DNA of 64,000 nucleotides, taken from the NCBI GenBank assembly GCA_038087875.1, contig CM075987.1, positions 26,972,001 to 27,036,000 of the forward strand, written 5' to 3'. Positions 20,074 through 33,782 of this stretch are shown here, piece by piece. The DNA comes from Malacoraja senta (lineage: Eukaryota). Both the position numbers and the translations under genes were made by a program. Each line of letters opens with the position of its first letter. Within the stretch, counting starts at the first letter, position 1. The notes under the pieces are model-generated. The model was not told where the DNA came from. It ran no database searches and saw only the letters and a list, made by a program, of their open reading frames with translations.

Positions 20074-22255
20074 TATGGTCCACCACTGATTTTCCGGCAC
20101 CCTTGGTTCCAGAGCCTTGCCGGATTATCCATTTTGCCGGACCAACAGAGGTCACAGCATCTGAGAGGAGTCCGAGAAACCAGCCCACGAAACCGGCCGC
20201 GGAAGTCGGCTATGGGAACGGATCTGCCGGCTCTGGCCGGGCTGGAGTTCCAGAGCCCCGGCCACAGGAGGCAAATTCCACCCGCTGATCGGCCGCGGAA
20301 GTCCCGATGAGGTAGAGATCGGCCGCCTCACCCAGCCTAGGCGCCACATTTTCGGGGGGACTTCCGGTGTAGGGGGGGGGGGGGTGGATTTCAAGAGCGT
20401 TCTTGTAATTTCGTCTAGAGTAAATGAGGTTTTTTGGAGATATGTGAAATCCAGACGGACAGACAACACTGGTGTCCAGATGCTTATAGTGAACAACTGT
20501 CTGATCACTGAGGACCAGGCGAAAGCAGAAGCTCTTGGAAACCAATTTCAACACGTTTTCACCCGGGAAGATATGGAGCCTTCATCATTTCCAGTTCTAC
20601 CGCCCAGCCCGTATGCTGATATGCCTGCTATTAAAATTGAGGTTGAAGGTGTCAAGAAGTTATTGCTTAACATCAATACAACAAAAGCAATTGGACCAGA
20701 TCAGATCAAATCAACCCCTCAAGATCGCGGCCGAAGAACTGGCTCCAGTTTTGCAGTTCATTTTCCAACAATCGCTTGACTCAGGTGATGTTCCGCTGGA
20801 TTGGAGGAAGGCTAACATTACTCCTCTCTTTAAGAAGAGTTCAACCACCAACCCGGCGAATTATCGCCCTGTTTCATTAACAAGTATTTGCTGCAAACTG
20901 CTGGAGCATTTAATTGATAGTAATCTGATTAGACATGTGAGCAAACATAATATTCTTGCTGACAACCAACATGCATTTAGGAGGCATAGATCATGTGAGT
21001 CTCAGCTTATCCTGACGACAAATGACCTGGCCAAGCACCTTGATGGTAACGTCATCATGGATTTAGTAGTGCTGGACTTTTCTAAAGCATTTGATGTCAT
21101 CCCACACCAGAGACTGCTTCGGAAGCTTGACTTCTATGGTATTCGTTCCAACACGAAACAATGAATTTCCAGTTTCCTGACAAAATGTCTTCAGTGCGTG
21201 TGTGTGAACGGAAAGAGCTCTGATTGGTGTCCAGTGTTGAGTGGTACACCTCAGGGCACAGTACTTGGCCCACATCTGTTTTTGCTTTACATAAATGACA
21301 TCCATGAAAAAGTCGCAAGCACGACCAGACTATTCGCTGATGATTGTTTGCTGTACCGTCCAATTAAGTCAGCTGATGATGAAGATGCTCTCCAAAAGGA
21401 CCTTGATACAATGCTTGAGTGGTCACACCAATGGGGCATGCAGTTCAACCCTTCCAAATGTGAAACCATGCGTGTCACCAGAAAGGGGAATCCAGGCGAA
21501 ACATCGTACAATATACTTGGTGCCACCCTTGAAGAATCCAAACAAACCAAGTATCTTGGCATCAAATTGCAGAACGATCTACGTTGGAATGGTCAGACTC
21601 ATCGTGCAACGGTGAAAGCAACAGGTGTCCTAAATTTTCTGAGACGCAACTTTCATCATTGTTCAACTTCTGTCAAGGAGAAGCTATACTTCACCCTCGT
21701 TAGACCTCATTTGGACCACGCAGTTGCAGCATGGGACCCATACACAAATAAAAACATTTCTTCCATCGAACGTGTCCAAAGACAGGCAGCTCGATTTGTT
21801 ACTAACACCTATGAGAGAGAAGCGAGTGTTACCAAACTTCTGAATTCTCTGGGGTGGAACCCTCTCCAAGACAGACGTGAAGCTCACCGTTTGACCTGTT
21901 TTTACAAAATGTTAAATGGTCAGCTCGACATAGATTACAAGACCTACACCAAACCCAAACCAATTAGGAGCAGGCGAGGGCATTCGATCCAATTTGTGAT
22001 TCCAGCTACCAAGACAGATGTGTACAGCAATTCATTCTTCCCCCGCACAATTAAAGCATGGAATAATCCCCACCCTACTATAGTTACCCAACCAGATGCA
22101 ACTAAATTTCTTCCCAAAAACCCTTTCTGGCTTAAGTCCTCCCTCCACCACATCCAGTTTAAATTCCATTTGGAATATTTTGGAGGACCAAGAAAGCAAG
22201 AAGAACCAAGAGGTGCTGGACCACCAGATGCCAGATAATCGGTGGCGGATCTGTA
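20074..22255. mobile_element. Tc1/mariner (pogo/Tigger-like) MITE interrupted by a LINE
   Basis: Left TA-TGGTCCACCACTGATTTTCCGGCAC versus right reverse complement TA-CAGATCCGCCACCGATTATCTGGCAT; TA flanks. Confidence 0.65.
20431..22209 (+). pseudogene. 5'-truncated, disrupted CR1-group LINE ORF2 (RT), divergent from the other CR1s here
   Basis: ORFs 20384-20779, 20535-21164 and 21198-22238 join across one frameshift and one stop: NYRPVSLTS, RSCESQL, DFSKAFD, GTPQGTVLGP, FADD, SFFPRTIKAWN; GAGGT direct repeats at 20426-20430 and 22210-22214. Confidence 0.9.
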
Positions 22256-22984
22256 ACACATGAGGATGTTTCGCTGAAGATGTGCTGTATGTACAGAGAT
22301 TGTACGTTCCCCTTGTGACCTGTGTGGGTTTTCTCTGGGTGCTCCGGTTTCCTCCCACGCTCCAAAGGCATGCAGGTTTGTAGGTCAATTGACTTCGGTA
22401 AAACTCTAAATTGTCCCGAGCATGTGTAGGATAATGTTAGTGTGCGGGGATTGCAGGCTGGCGCAGATTTGGTGGGCCGAAGGGCCTGTTTCCGCGCTGT
22501 ATCTCTAAACTAAACTAGTCTGAAGATCGCCACCTTCCAGACTGTTATCAAACGCTCATCAGACGTTAACCCAATCCCCGGGATCATTCATGTAAACCTC
22601 CTCTGGGACCTCTCCAGAGCCAGCACACCCTTCCTCAGATAAGGGGTTCAAAACTGATCATGATAATTCAAATGCGTCATTCAAAAGTTATTGGCAAAAC
22701 CTTGCTGCAGTTTTGGTTTTACACCAATTCTGGTGAACAACCTCGGCCTTATGTCAATCCATCTTGTCTTAAGTTGACTTAATTCCCCAGTTCCAAAGCA
22801 TTTTAATTATAGCAGGAATTAGAGCATGTCAAACAACTCATTCAAGGAACAATAATCCTTGGCATTGACCCTGGCTTGGTAAATCTTGCAGTAAAACTTT
22901 AAAAAAATACTCTTTGCAATATTTATCCTTAGATCCTTGAAGACCAATCTGTCAGACAAATCAATAGAAGATAGATACAAAATC

Positions 22985-23428
22985 CGAGAGAATGGAGCAG
23001 CTGGGCTTGTACACTCTGGAGTTTAGAAGGATGAGAGGATATCTCATTGAAACATAAGATTGTTAAGGGCTTGGACACGCTGGAGGCAGGAAACATGTTC
23101 CCGATGTTGGGGGAGTCCAGAAACAGGGGCCACAGTTTAAGAATAAGGGGTAAGCCATTTAGAACGGAGACGAGGAAACACTTTTTCTCACAGAGAGCGG
23201 TGAATCTGTGGAATTCTCTGCCTCAGAGGGCGGTGGAGGCAGGTTCTCTGGATGCTTTCATGAGAGAGCTGGATAGGGCTCTTAAAGATAGCAGAGTCAG
23301 GGGATATGGGGAGAAGGCAGGAACGGGGTACTGATTGGGGATGATCAGCCATGATCACATTGAATGGCGGTGCTGGCTCGAAGGGCCGAATGGCCTACTC
23401 CTGCACCTATTGTCTATTGTCTATTGTC
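22985..23428 (+). mobile_element. CR1 (HER1-like) 3' fragment
   Basis: LGLYTLEFRRMRG..NMFPMLGESRNRGHSLRIRG..VRGYGEKAGTGY* plus (TATTGTC)n tail. Confidence 0.9.
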
Positions 23429-23921
23429 TACAAAATGCTGGAGTAATTCAGCGGGACAGGCAGCATCTCTGGAGAGAAGGAAAGGGTGACGTTTCAGAGC
23501 CCCGACCCGAAACGTCACCCCCAAAAAATGTAGGATAGTGTTAGTTTACGGGGTGATCGCTGGTTGGCGTGGACTCGGTGGGCTGAAGGGCCTGTTTCCG
23601 TGCCGTATCTCAGAACTAAACTGAAAAGCAGGAAAATAAAATTCACAGCATGAAATAAAAGGAACAATGCTCGAGCTTTCTGTTATTTTTAACAGCGGAG
23701 GTGCAGAGGATGGAGAGAGAGAGAGGCAAGACAGATGGAAGGTGTATACCATCATGAGGGGAGATGAGATAAAGTGTGGAGATCGGTCATGTTACCTCAT
23801 ATTCCAAGGTTGACTAAGGCTCTGGCAAAGTGATTTATTGGATGCTGTTGAACAAGGGCACGGAGACACTTCCATCCGCACATGATTTATGCGTGCAGTC
23901 AAAAGTTAACCAACTAAAGGA

Positions 23922-24228
23922 AGGGTGGCGCAGCGGTAGAGTTGCTGACTCACAGCGCCAGAGACCCCAGGTTCGATTCTGACTACGGGTGCTGTCTGTA
24001 CGGAGCTTGTATGTTCTCCCCGTGACCCGCGTGGGTTTTCTCCGAGGTCTTCGGTTTCCTCCCACACTCCAAAGACGTGCAGGTTTTGTAGGTTAATCGG
24101 CTTGGTGTATGTGTAAAAAAATTGTCCCTAGTTTGTGCAAGATAGTGTTAATGTGTGGAGATCGCTGGTCGGCACGGACTGTTCCCACACTGTGTCGCTA
24201 AACTAAAAAACTAAAAATTAAACTAAAC
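23922..24228 (+). mobile_element. V-SINE (HE1-like)
   Basis: tRNA-like head, V-domain, tail. Confidence 0.85.
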
Positions 24229-25579
24229 AGTTTATTCAGGGTGGTGAATCTGTAGGATTCATCGCCATGGAAGGCTGGCGGCTGTGGAGGCCAAGTCAAT
24301 GGATATTTTTAAGGCATAGTTAGATAGACTCTTGATTAGTACGGGTGTCAGGGGTTATGGGGAGAAGGCAGGAAAATGGGGTTGAGAGGGAAAGATTGAT
24401 CAGCTATGATTGAATGGCAGAGTAGACTTGATGGGCCAAATGGCCTAATTCTGCTCCTATCACTAATGAACTTATGAACATGAGCTACCCATGAACCAGA
24501 AAGACCCAGGGTGAAATATCTGTGATCTCTTTGGACGATATTTGTGATCTCTTTGGACCGCTCCGCCACCGTGAAACTAGAATCCACGTGGTAGGATTTC
24601 TGCAGTTTGTCTGAGATTATGGCTAAAAGGCAATTCAAGAAACTTGGAATGCCTATTGTTCAAGTAACGACTTTCCCCTCTCCATCTGTTTACCTCATTG
24701 GAGTTTATTACTATCAACCTCATTGGAGACCATCGGACTATCTTTGATTGGATTTTACTGGACTTTATCTTGCACTAAATTTTATTCACGTTATTCCGTT
24801 ATCATGTATCTGTACACTGTAAACGGCTCGATTGTAATCATGTTTTGTATTTCCGCCGACTGGATAGCACGCAACAAAAAGCTTTTCACTGTACACGTGA
24901 CAATAGACTAAACTGAAACTTAAATGGGAAGTAGACTAGCAGTTTGGGCTGCAAGCATGGTAAGGTCACGATGAAGATGCTGGAGTAACTCACAGGGTCA
25001 GGCAGCATCTCTGGAGAGAAGGAATAGGTGATGTTTCAGTTCGAGACTTACATTCTCTGATAGGAGATGGGATGGCTGGCGGGTTTACATTGCATTCCTC
25101 TAAATGCTACTGGAGAGTCAGAGTCATACAACGTCTTTCCACTGACCGGTTGGCACGTGACAAAAGCTTTTCACTGTACCTCAGTACACGTGACAATAAA
25201 CTCAACTGAACTGTGCCATCTATGGACATAATAGGAATGGATTTCATTCCGTCTGTGACTAAATTCAATCTTCTGCACTTTGCATAGGTGGTGGGGTTAG
25301 GAAATTTCACCTCCGCAATTGCAAGAAAGAAAATTCTCCTTCCAATAAATCTTCAGCCTGGAGATTGAATTGAAATTGGCCAAAAACATTTGGAGCCACA
25401 AGCAGTGAAATTAGCTAAATGTGGAACATTTATGCTGCTCCGTAGGAGATTAGATTCATCGGTCACATTCCTAACAAAAGCCTTCATCAGAGAAACATTC
25501 TGCACGAGAACATATCACTGGATATTGTCCAATCACAATGATGGATTAGACAAACCACATACCCCCCCGCCCCCCCCCC

Positions 25580-26327
<748 letters not shown>

Positions 26328-26571
26328 GAAGATGCATAATTCATTATTCTCTGTAGCAGGTCAGGCAGCATTTCTGGAAGCATGGATATGTTTTGGGTCT
26401 GGCCCTTCTTCAGACTAAACATTCCCATCACTATCAGAAACTTAAATCTTCTGTCCCTGGTTTATAGTGTTTAGTTTAGTTTAGTTTAGTTTAGTTTAGA
26501 GATACAGTATGGAAACAGGCCCTTCGGCCCACCGAGTCCGTGCCGACCAGCGAACCCCGCACACTAGTTCC

Positions 26572-27212
26572 AGTCCTTTCAGGTGAGAAAGAGGTTCACT
26601 TGCACCTCCTCCAACCTCATCTATGGTATATGTTGTTCCAGGTGTAGGCTCCTGTATATCGGTGAGACCAAACGCAAAATTGTTTCGCTGAACACCTCTG
26701 CTCAGTCCGCCTGGGCCTACCTGATCTCCCAGTTGCCAAACACTTTAACTCCCCCTCCCATTCCCACACTGTCCTTTCTGTCCTGGGCCTCCTCCACTAT
26801 CAGAGTCAGGCCCAGCACAAAATGGAGGAACAGCATCACATATTTCGCTTGGGCAGCTCACACCCCAGCGGTACGAACATTGACTTCTCTAACTTCATGT
26901 AACCCTTGCTTTCCCCCTCTCTTTGTCCCTCCCCCTCTCCCTATTTCACTGCCCTTCTGATTAATTTGATTTGTATGCCACGTTGTCACCTTCCACACAA
27001 CTAACGATCAACCTTATCATCGTCTGATTTGATCGGTTGTTTTCACACCTTACCCTTCCATATATCTAGACTCTCTCTCCCCTGATTCACAGCCTGAAGA
27101 AGGTTCTCGAACCCGAAATGTCACCTATTCCTTCTCTCCAGAGACGCTGCCTGTCCCGCTGAGTTACTCCAGCACTTTCTATCTTAGGCATCTGCGGTTC
27201 CTTCCTACACAA
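26572..27212 (+). mobile_element. Penelope-like element 3' fragment: GIY-YIG endonuclease + terminal repeat with hammerhead-like core
   Basis: FTCTSSNLIYGICCSRCRLLYIGETKR, frameshifted continuation VAKHFNSPSH..EEQHHIFRLGS; CTGAAGA at 27094 followed by stem and GAAA. Confidence 0.85.
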
Positions 27213-27660
27213 GATAGATTGAACCTCATTTCTACGCCTCCTATCGTTCAAATGCATTTAGATATTAGATTACAGCAAATTATTATGTGGATATATATCT
27301 AACAGAGATTTTGCTTCATCTGGACGTATCTAGGTAAAATGGTTTAATCCAATTGTTTTGATTAGTTTTACCTTCCTTTTAACTTAAGCACTGACCTATT
27401 GTCGACTATATTTGATATTAATACGGTCCAGTCACCGTCTACAGTTTTTGGGTCCATACATCATCAATTGCTTCATCGTCTTTACTGACAACCAGTGGGG
27501 AATAAATAAAACAGATAATGGCGGGCAGGGATGTACTGGGATGTCATTTAATTATGTTGTAAACAAGCAGAACTAAACTTCATTCAGTTTGCGAGTCTCA
27601 TCAGAAACCTGAGCTTTAGAAATCGATTTAGCTCTCCATAACATAGAAACATAGAAACAT

Positions 27661-28045
27661 GGGGGATGATAGTTGAAGAGTTGGTATGTCCTATTTACGT
27701 GATGCTCAAAAAAAAACCATTTGTTTTTCTTTTTTTCTCTTTCTCTTTTCTTTTCTTAGGGCCTATTTCTTAACTCTTTTTCTTTTTGTTTTTAATTTCG
27801 CTCTCATAGGGTCCTCGTCCTTTTTTGTTGTTACATTTTCTACACTTTTCTACACTTTCACTTTTTCCTTCACTTTCTTCTCTCTTTCAATCTTTTCTTT
27901 CTTTAGTGTAAAAAAATAAATAAAGGGAGTACATTAATTGTAAGAAGATATAAATGACGAGTATTAATGTATGTGGCTGTGATGTAATGTACTTCTAATA
28001 AATAAAAATTAAAAAAAATAAAAAAAATAAAAAAAAAAAAAAAAA
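27661..28045 (+). mobile_element. Poly(A)-tailed L1/Tx1-type 3' fragment
   Basis: T-rich UTR, AATAAA, poly(A); 15-bp TSD GAAACATAGAAACAT at 27646-27660 and 28046-28060. Confidence 0.7.
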
Positions 28046-28607
28046 GAAACATAGAAACATAGAAAATAGGTGCAGGAGGAGGCCATTCGGCCCTTCGAGC
28101 CAGCACCGCCATTCATTGTGATCATGGCTGATCGTCCCCTATCAATAACCCGTGCCTGCCTTCTCCCCATATCCCTTGACTCCACTAGCCCCTAGAGCTC
28201 TATCTAACTCTCTCTTAAATCCATCCAGTGACCTGGCCTCCACTGCCCTCTGTGCCAGGGAATTCCACAAATTCACAACTCTCTGGGTGAAAAAGTTTTA
28301 AATGACCTCCCCTTTATTCTAAGACTGGTTCTGGACTCGCCCAACATTGAAAACATTTTTCCTGCATCTAGCTTGTTCAGTCCTTTTATAATTTTATATG
28401 TTTCTATAAGATGCCCCCTCTCATCCTTCTAAACTCCAGTGAATACAAGCCTAGTCTTCGATTTTTCCTCATATGACAGTCCCGCCATCCCAGGGATCAA
28501 TCTCGTGAACCTACGCTGCACTGCCTCAATCACAAGGATGTCCTTCCTCAAATTAGGAGACCAAAACTGTACACAATACTCAAGATGTGGTCTCACCAGA
28601 GCCCTAT
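28046..28607 (-). mobile_element. CR1 3' fragment
   Basis: (ACATAGAA)n tail and reverse-complement RT C-terminal sequence paralleling 15490-15970. Confidence 0.85.
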
Positions 28608-28986
28608 AGTTGAGTTTAGTTGAGTTTAGTTGAGTTTAGTTTAGTTTAGTTTAGTTTAGAGATACGCCGTAGAAACAGACCCTGAGTCCGCGCCATCCAG
28701 CAATCACCCGTACACTAGTTGTATCCTACACACTAGGAATAATTTACAGAAGCCAATTAGCCTACAAACCTGCATGTCTTTGGAGTGTGGGAGAGTACCC
28801 GATGAAAACCCACGTGGTCCCAGTCAGAATGTATAATGGCGGAGTCGATTTTTAGAAGGCAAAACCAGGGCAATATCTGACCACACAGTAATGGTCAATG
28901 TGCTTGCATTTATTAAACAATCTTGACCGCTGACTTCAAATTAAATCACTATATGCAGTATATTTGAAATGGTTCAGAAATATTTA

Positions 28987-29297
28987 GGCAGTGCAGTGCC
29001 ACAGCAGTAGAGTTGCTGCCTCACAGCGCCAGGGGCCCAGGTTCGATCCCGACCACGGGTGCTGTCTGTACGGAGTTTGTACGTTCTCCCCGTAACCACA
29101 AACCGTGTTTTCTCCAGTTTCCTCCCACATTCCAAAGACGTACGGTTCGTAGATTAATTGGCTTCTGTAAATTGCCCTGAGTGTGTAGGATGCTAAAGTG
29201 GAATAACATAGAACTAGTATACATGTGATTGATGGTCAGCGTGGGCTTGGTGGGCCGAAGGGCCTGTTTCCAAGCTGTATCTCTAGACTGAACTAAA
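28987..29297 (+). mobile_element. V-SINE (HE1-like)
   Basis: Head, V-domain, tail. Confidence 0.8.
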
Positions 29298-30384
29298 GTC
29301 ATAGGATTGACTCTTAAGTGAACGATGCGATACGATACGACAGAACTTTATTTATCCCAGGTGGGAAATTGACCTGCCAACAGTCATTTAAAAAAATACA
29401 TGAAATATGAAATTAAAGTGACGAGTGGAGAGGTTTGGGGTTGTGCAAAGATTGGGGAAGGTGACGGGAGAAAGGGGGGTCAGTCTACCCCACGACAGAA
29501 GGAGGAGGAGTTGTACAGTTTGATGGCCACACAAATAGAAAGAAGGTTGATGGCAATAGAAAAATGGGAAGTTCATACGTTCTAGGAGCAGAGTTAGGCC
29601 ATTCGGCCCATCAAGTCTACTCCGCCATTCAATCATGGCTGATGTATCTTTCCCATCCTAACCCCATTCTCCTGCCTTCTCCCCATAACCTCTGACACTT
29701 GGACTAATCAATAATCTATCAATCTCTGCCTTAAAAATAGCCATTGACTTGGCCTCCAAGCCCTTCTGTGGCAGTGAATTCCACAGATTCACCACCCTCT
29801 GACTAATGCAATTTCGACTCATCTCTAAAGCTGCGTCCTTTAAATCTGAGGATGTGCCCTCTAGTCTTAGACTCTCCCACTAGTGGAAACATCCTCTCCA
29901 CATCCACTATCTCCGAGCCTTGGAACAATTGAACGAATTAAAAATTGTTCCAAGAACAATTAAACAAATTAAACATTGGAACAATTGAATATTTTCAAGG
30001 GCATATGCACCTGTAAAGATGAAAACAGCGAGAAATGCTTCAACTACGGCAAGTTGTAATCATACTTAAACTTTGAAAATGTAATTGAACTTAATGAAGT
30101 CAAAATATGTGACAAAGGCAATGTTTCATTTTCAATTATAACCTGATCAGAGCTTCAAAGTAATCAGTGGAAAACAAGTCTCAACAATTACAGTATTGAA
30201 TAATTCGTGATTACACAACATAGTCGAGGTGCTGATTGATCTTTGTTCTAATTAAATAATTTGAAATGAAGTCATTCAATATTTCCTCATTCAGTGTAAA
30301 AATGAGCTGCTGTTGATTGCGGGAGGGTTATATTGTCAACGTAGCCTGTGTTTTCCTTGGCCTAAATGAATGAAGAATATTATG

Positions 30385-31270
30385 GGCGGCACAGTGGCGC
30401 AGCGGTTAGAGTTGCTGCCTTACAGTGCTCACAGCGCCAGAGACCCAGGTTCGATTCTAACCGCGGGTGCTGTCTGTACGGAGTTTGTACGTTCTCCACG
30501 TGACCTGCGTGGGTTTTCTCCGAGATGTTCAGTGTCCTCCCACACTCCAAAGACGTACAGGTTTGTAGGTTAATTGGCTTGGTATAAGTAGAGATGAGAT
30601 TAGAGATTCCTTTATTTGTCATTCAGACCTTTCGGTCTGAACGAAATTTTGTTGCCTGCAGTCATACATATAATAATAAATGACAAAACACACAATAAAC
30701 ACAAATTAACATCCACCACAGTGAGTTCACCAGGCACCTCCTCACTGTGATGGAGGCAAAAGTCTTAAAGTCTCTGTCTCTTCCCGCTTTCTTCTCCCTC
30801 TGCGCTGAGGCGATCCAGGCTTCTGACGCTGTGGCCCCGCCGGGCGACGGTAAGCCAATCCCGCGGCCGAATCCGTGCTCCGCGACGGGCCGGCTCAAAC
30901 TCCGCGGCCTGGGGTGGTCGAAACTGCCGAAGCTGCCGCCCTCCAGTCCAGCGGACGCAGCTGTAGTTGCGGGAGCCCCAGAAAAACAGGTCACCAACCT
31001 GTGACCTGCGCGCTCCCGACGATGTCGTCCACCGGGCCCGCGGCCGAGCCCCGGATTCAGGTCGCCACCAGTGTCCTCGGTCGCCACCGCCGGAACGCCA
31101 CCGCAGCCCCGAAGTTGGCCAGCCTCGCGCTCCCGAAGATGTCGTCCACTGGGCCAGCTAAGTTGTCCCTAGTGTGTGTAGGATAGTGTTCGTGTGCGGG
31201 GATCACTGGTCGGCGCGGACTCGGTGGGACGAAGGGCCTGTTTCCGCGCTGTATCTCTAAACTAAACTAA
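30385..31270 (+). mobile_element. V-SINE split by an insertion at ~30590-31158
   Basis: SINE stops at ..GGCTTGGTATAAGT and resumes at TAAGTTGTCCCTAG. Confidence 0.8.
30590..31158 (-). mobile_element. GC-rich non-autonomous retroposon with Rex1-like 3' tail
   Basis: Minus-strand end TTCAGACCGAAAGGTCTGAA hairpin + TGACAAATAAA + short repeat; related shorter copy at ~50945-51122. Confidence 0.55.
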
Positions 31271-31574
31271 ATAAAATGAATAATGAGGAATAGTGAGGGC
31301 AAGATAGATTAGGCATGATTGAATGGCAGAGTAGATTTTTAGTTTTAGAGAAACAGGTCCTTCGACGCACTGAGTCCGCGCCGACCACACACGTCTTTGG
31401 AATGTGGGAGGATACCGGAGATCCTGGAGAAAACCCACACAGGTCACGGGGAGAATGTACAAACTCCGTACAGACGGCACCAGGAGTCAGGATTGAAACC
31501 GGGTCTCTGGCGCTGGAAGGCAGCAACTCTACCGCTGCACAACACAAAAAGAAAATATATTAAACTCAGGGAAT

Positions 31575-32023
31575 CAATAGACAATAGACAATAGGTGCAG
31601 GAGTAGGCCATTTGGCCTTTGAGCCAGCACCGCCATTCAATGTGATCATGGCTGATCATCCACAATCAGTACCCCGTTCCTGCCTTCTCCCCGTATCCTC
31701 TGATCCGCTATCTTTAAGAGCTCTATCTAACTCTATCTTGAAAGCATCCAGTGAACCGGCCTCCACCGCCCTCTGAGGCAGAGAATTCCACAGACTCACA
31801 ACTCTCTGTGTGAAAAAGTGTTTCCTCGTCTCCGTTCTAAATGGCTTGCCCCTTATTCTTAAACTGTGGCCCCTGGTTCTGGACTCCCCCAACATCGGGA
31901 ACATGTTTCCTGCCTCTAGCGTGGCCAACCCCTTAATAATCTTATATGCTTCAATAAGATAACCTCTCATCCTTCTAAAGTCCAGAGTATTCAAGCCCAG
32001 CCGCTCCATTCTATCAACATATG
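31575..32023 (-). mobile_element. CR1 (HER1-like) 3' fragment
   Basis: ORF 31656-32075 RMERLGLNTLDFRRMRGYLIEAYKIIKGL... Confidence 0.9.
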
Positions 32024-32464
32024 AGAGTGCAATGTAGGTTAGGTTCCTGAATGTGTTACTGCCCGCTTGTACCACTCAATGGTGTAGGATGATTCAGGCT
32101 CAAGTTACGCCATGTTGCTTTGTATGACACAACTCCCAACATGATCCCCTGTGTCCACCTGAACAAGCAACACTGAATGTATCTGCCACCTGGGATGGAT
32201 CATTCAACTCTAGTGACACCATGGTGGGTGACAATCACTCATTGCCAGGAGTTGAACATGTTTTATTCAGTTAAGAGACGCAGTGCATAAACAGGCCCTT
32301 CGGCCCACCTAGTCCGCACCGACCAGTAATCCCTGTGCAATAGCACCTATCCTGCACGCTCGGGACAATTTATAATTTTCATCTGAACCAATTAATCAAC
32401 AAACTTGTACGTCTTGTACAAGAAGACTTTAAATTAAACATTTAATAAATTTTTATGTTTACCT

Positions 32465-32776
32465 TTTAGAGATGCAGCGTGGAAACGGGCCCTTCGGCCC
32501 ACCGAGTCCATACTGGCCATCAATCATCCATTAACACTAATGTTATCCCACTTTCTCATTCACTCACTACATACTGTGGACAACTTCGCTGGAGGCCAAT
32601 CAACCTACAAACCTGCACGTCTCTTTGCGATGTGGGAGGGAACCGGAGCACCTGGAGAAAACCCACTCAGGTCACGGGGAGAACGTACAAACTCTGTACA
32701 GACAGCACCCGTAGTCAGGATCGAACCCGGGTCTCTGGCCCTGCGAGGTGGCAACTCTACCGCTGCGCCACCGTGC
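32465..32776 (-). mobile_element. V-SINE (HE1-like)
   Basis: Reverse complement of SINE consensus. Confidence 0.8.
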
Positions 32777-33782
32777 CCCCCCCCCAATGTCTGTGCTGTC
32801 AGGAAGACTCAAGAACATATCGCCTGACAACTGCAAAAGATTAATCCGTCGAACACAACACTGTCGCCATTGAGCCTTCAACAAGTTAATAATCTCACCA
32901 CCAAAAAAAACTCAGTACATTTATTGTGAAATTCAACTTCATCACGAGAAAAGTTATTACTTAATTTTCTCTTTTTTTAATTTGTTTTTCTTTGCAGTTC
33001 TTAATTATTTTCCAAATCACTCTAACAAGAAACTACTTCCCTCGGAGATAAGTGAATGAGTTATTTCGTCTAATTAATAATATCGGCAATCTTTGCGGGG
33101 AGTTTTAATTATTAAAAATCATTGTTAATGAAACAATGTGCAATTCGGCCTTAACCACCTAGCGATCTGTGACCAACAATAATTACATTAGTACTTCCCC
33201 AGTCTTTTACAAATGGGGATATTTCATTATTAATACAATTTGCTCTCATTACCTCATCGTGGAGTCATACAATAAGGTAAACAATAACCGCGATTGGTCA
33301 GGTTTGTTAATTAAATTACCAGTTTCCCTGAAGCTATATCATAACCACAGAATACTTAATATCAGGATTATCCAAAAGACAGTGGGACGATTCAAAATTG
33401 TTATATAAGTGTTTTATTACAACTTATTATGGATGTAATAGTTTTTGCTTGATTTCACCTCCTCCAGTTAAGCACCGTGGGCCCATTGTGTTTGTATCTC
33501 AGGTTACAAGTCCGGTGTAGTCTTTTCTTTGAAGACAGACACAAAGTGCTGGAGTAACTCAGCGGGACAAGCAACATCTCTGGTGAAAAGGAATGGGTGA
33601 CGTTTCGGGTTGAGACCCTTCTTCAGACTGGATAGCAGGTAACAAAAAGCTTTCCACTGTACCTGGCAACACATGACAATAAGAAACTGAACTAAAATCT
33701 ATTCTTACAGCTGCACAACAGATATGCAAACATAGTACATTCATTCATAGTACTCTGTAAAACCTATATTAAACAACAACAA

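Noticed and set aside
30385..30465. tRNA gene-like sequences with A/B boxes
   Set aside because: They are V-SINE heads, continuous with the V-domain and LINE-derived tail, and lack a proper cloverleaf.
30662..31186. GC-rich ORFs / CpG-island promoter
   Set aside because: Lies wholly inside a retroposon inserted in a SINE; the ORFs reflect GC content.
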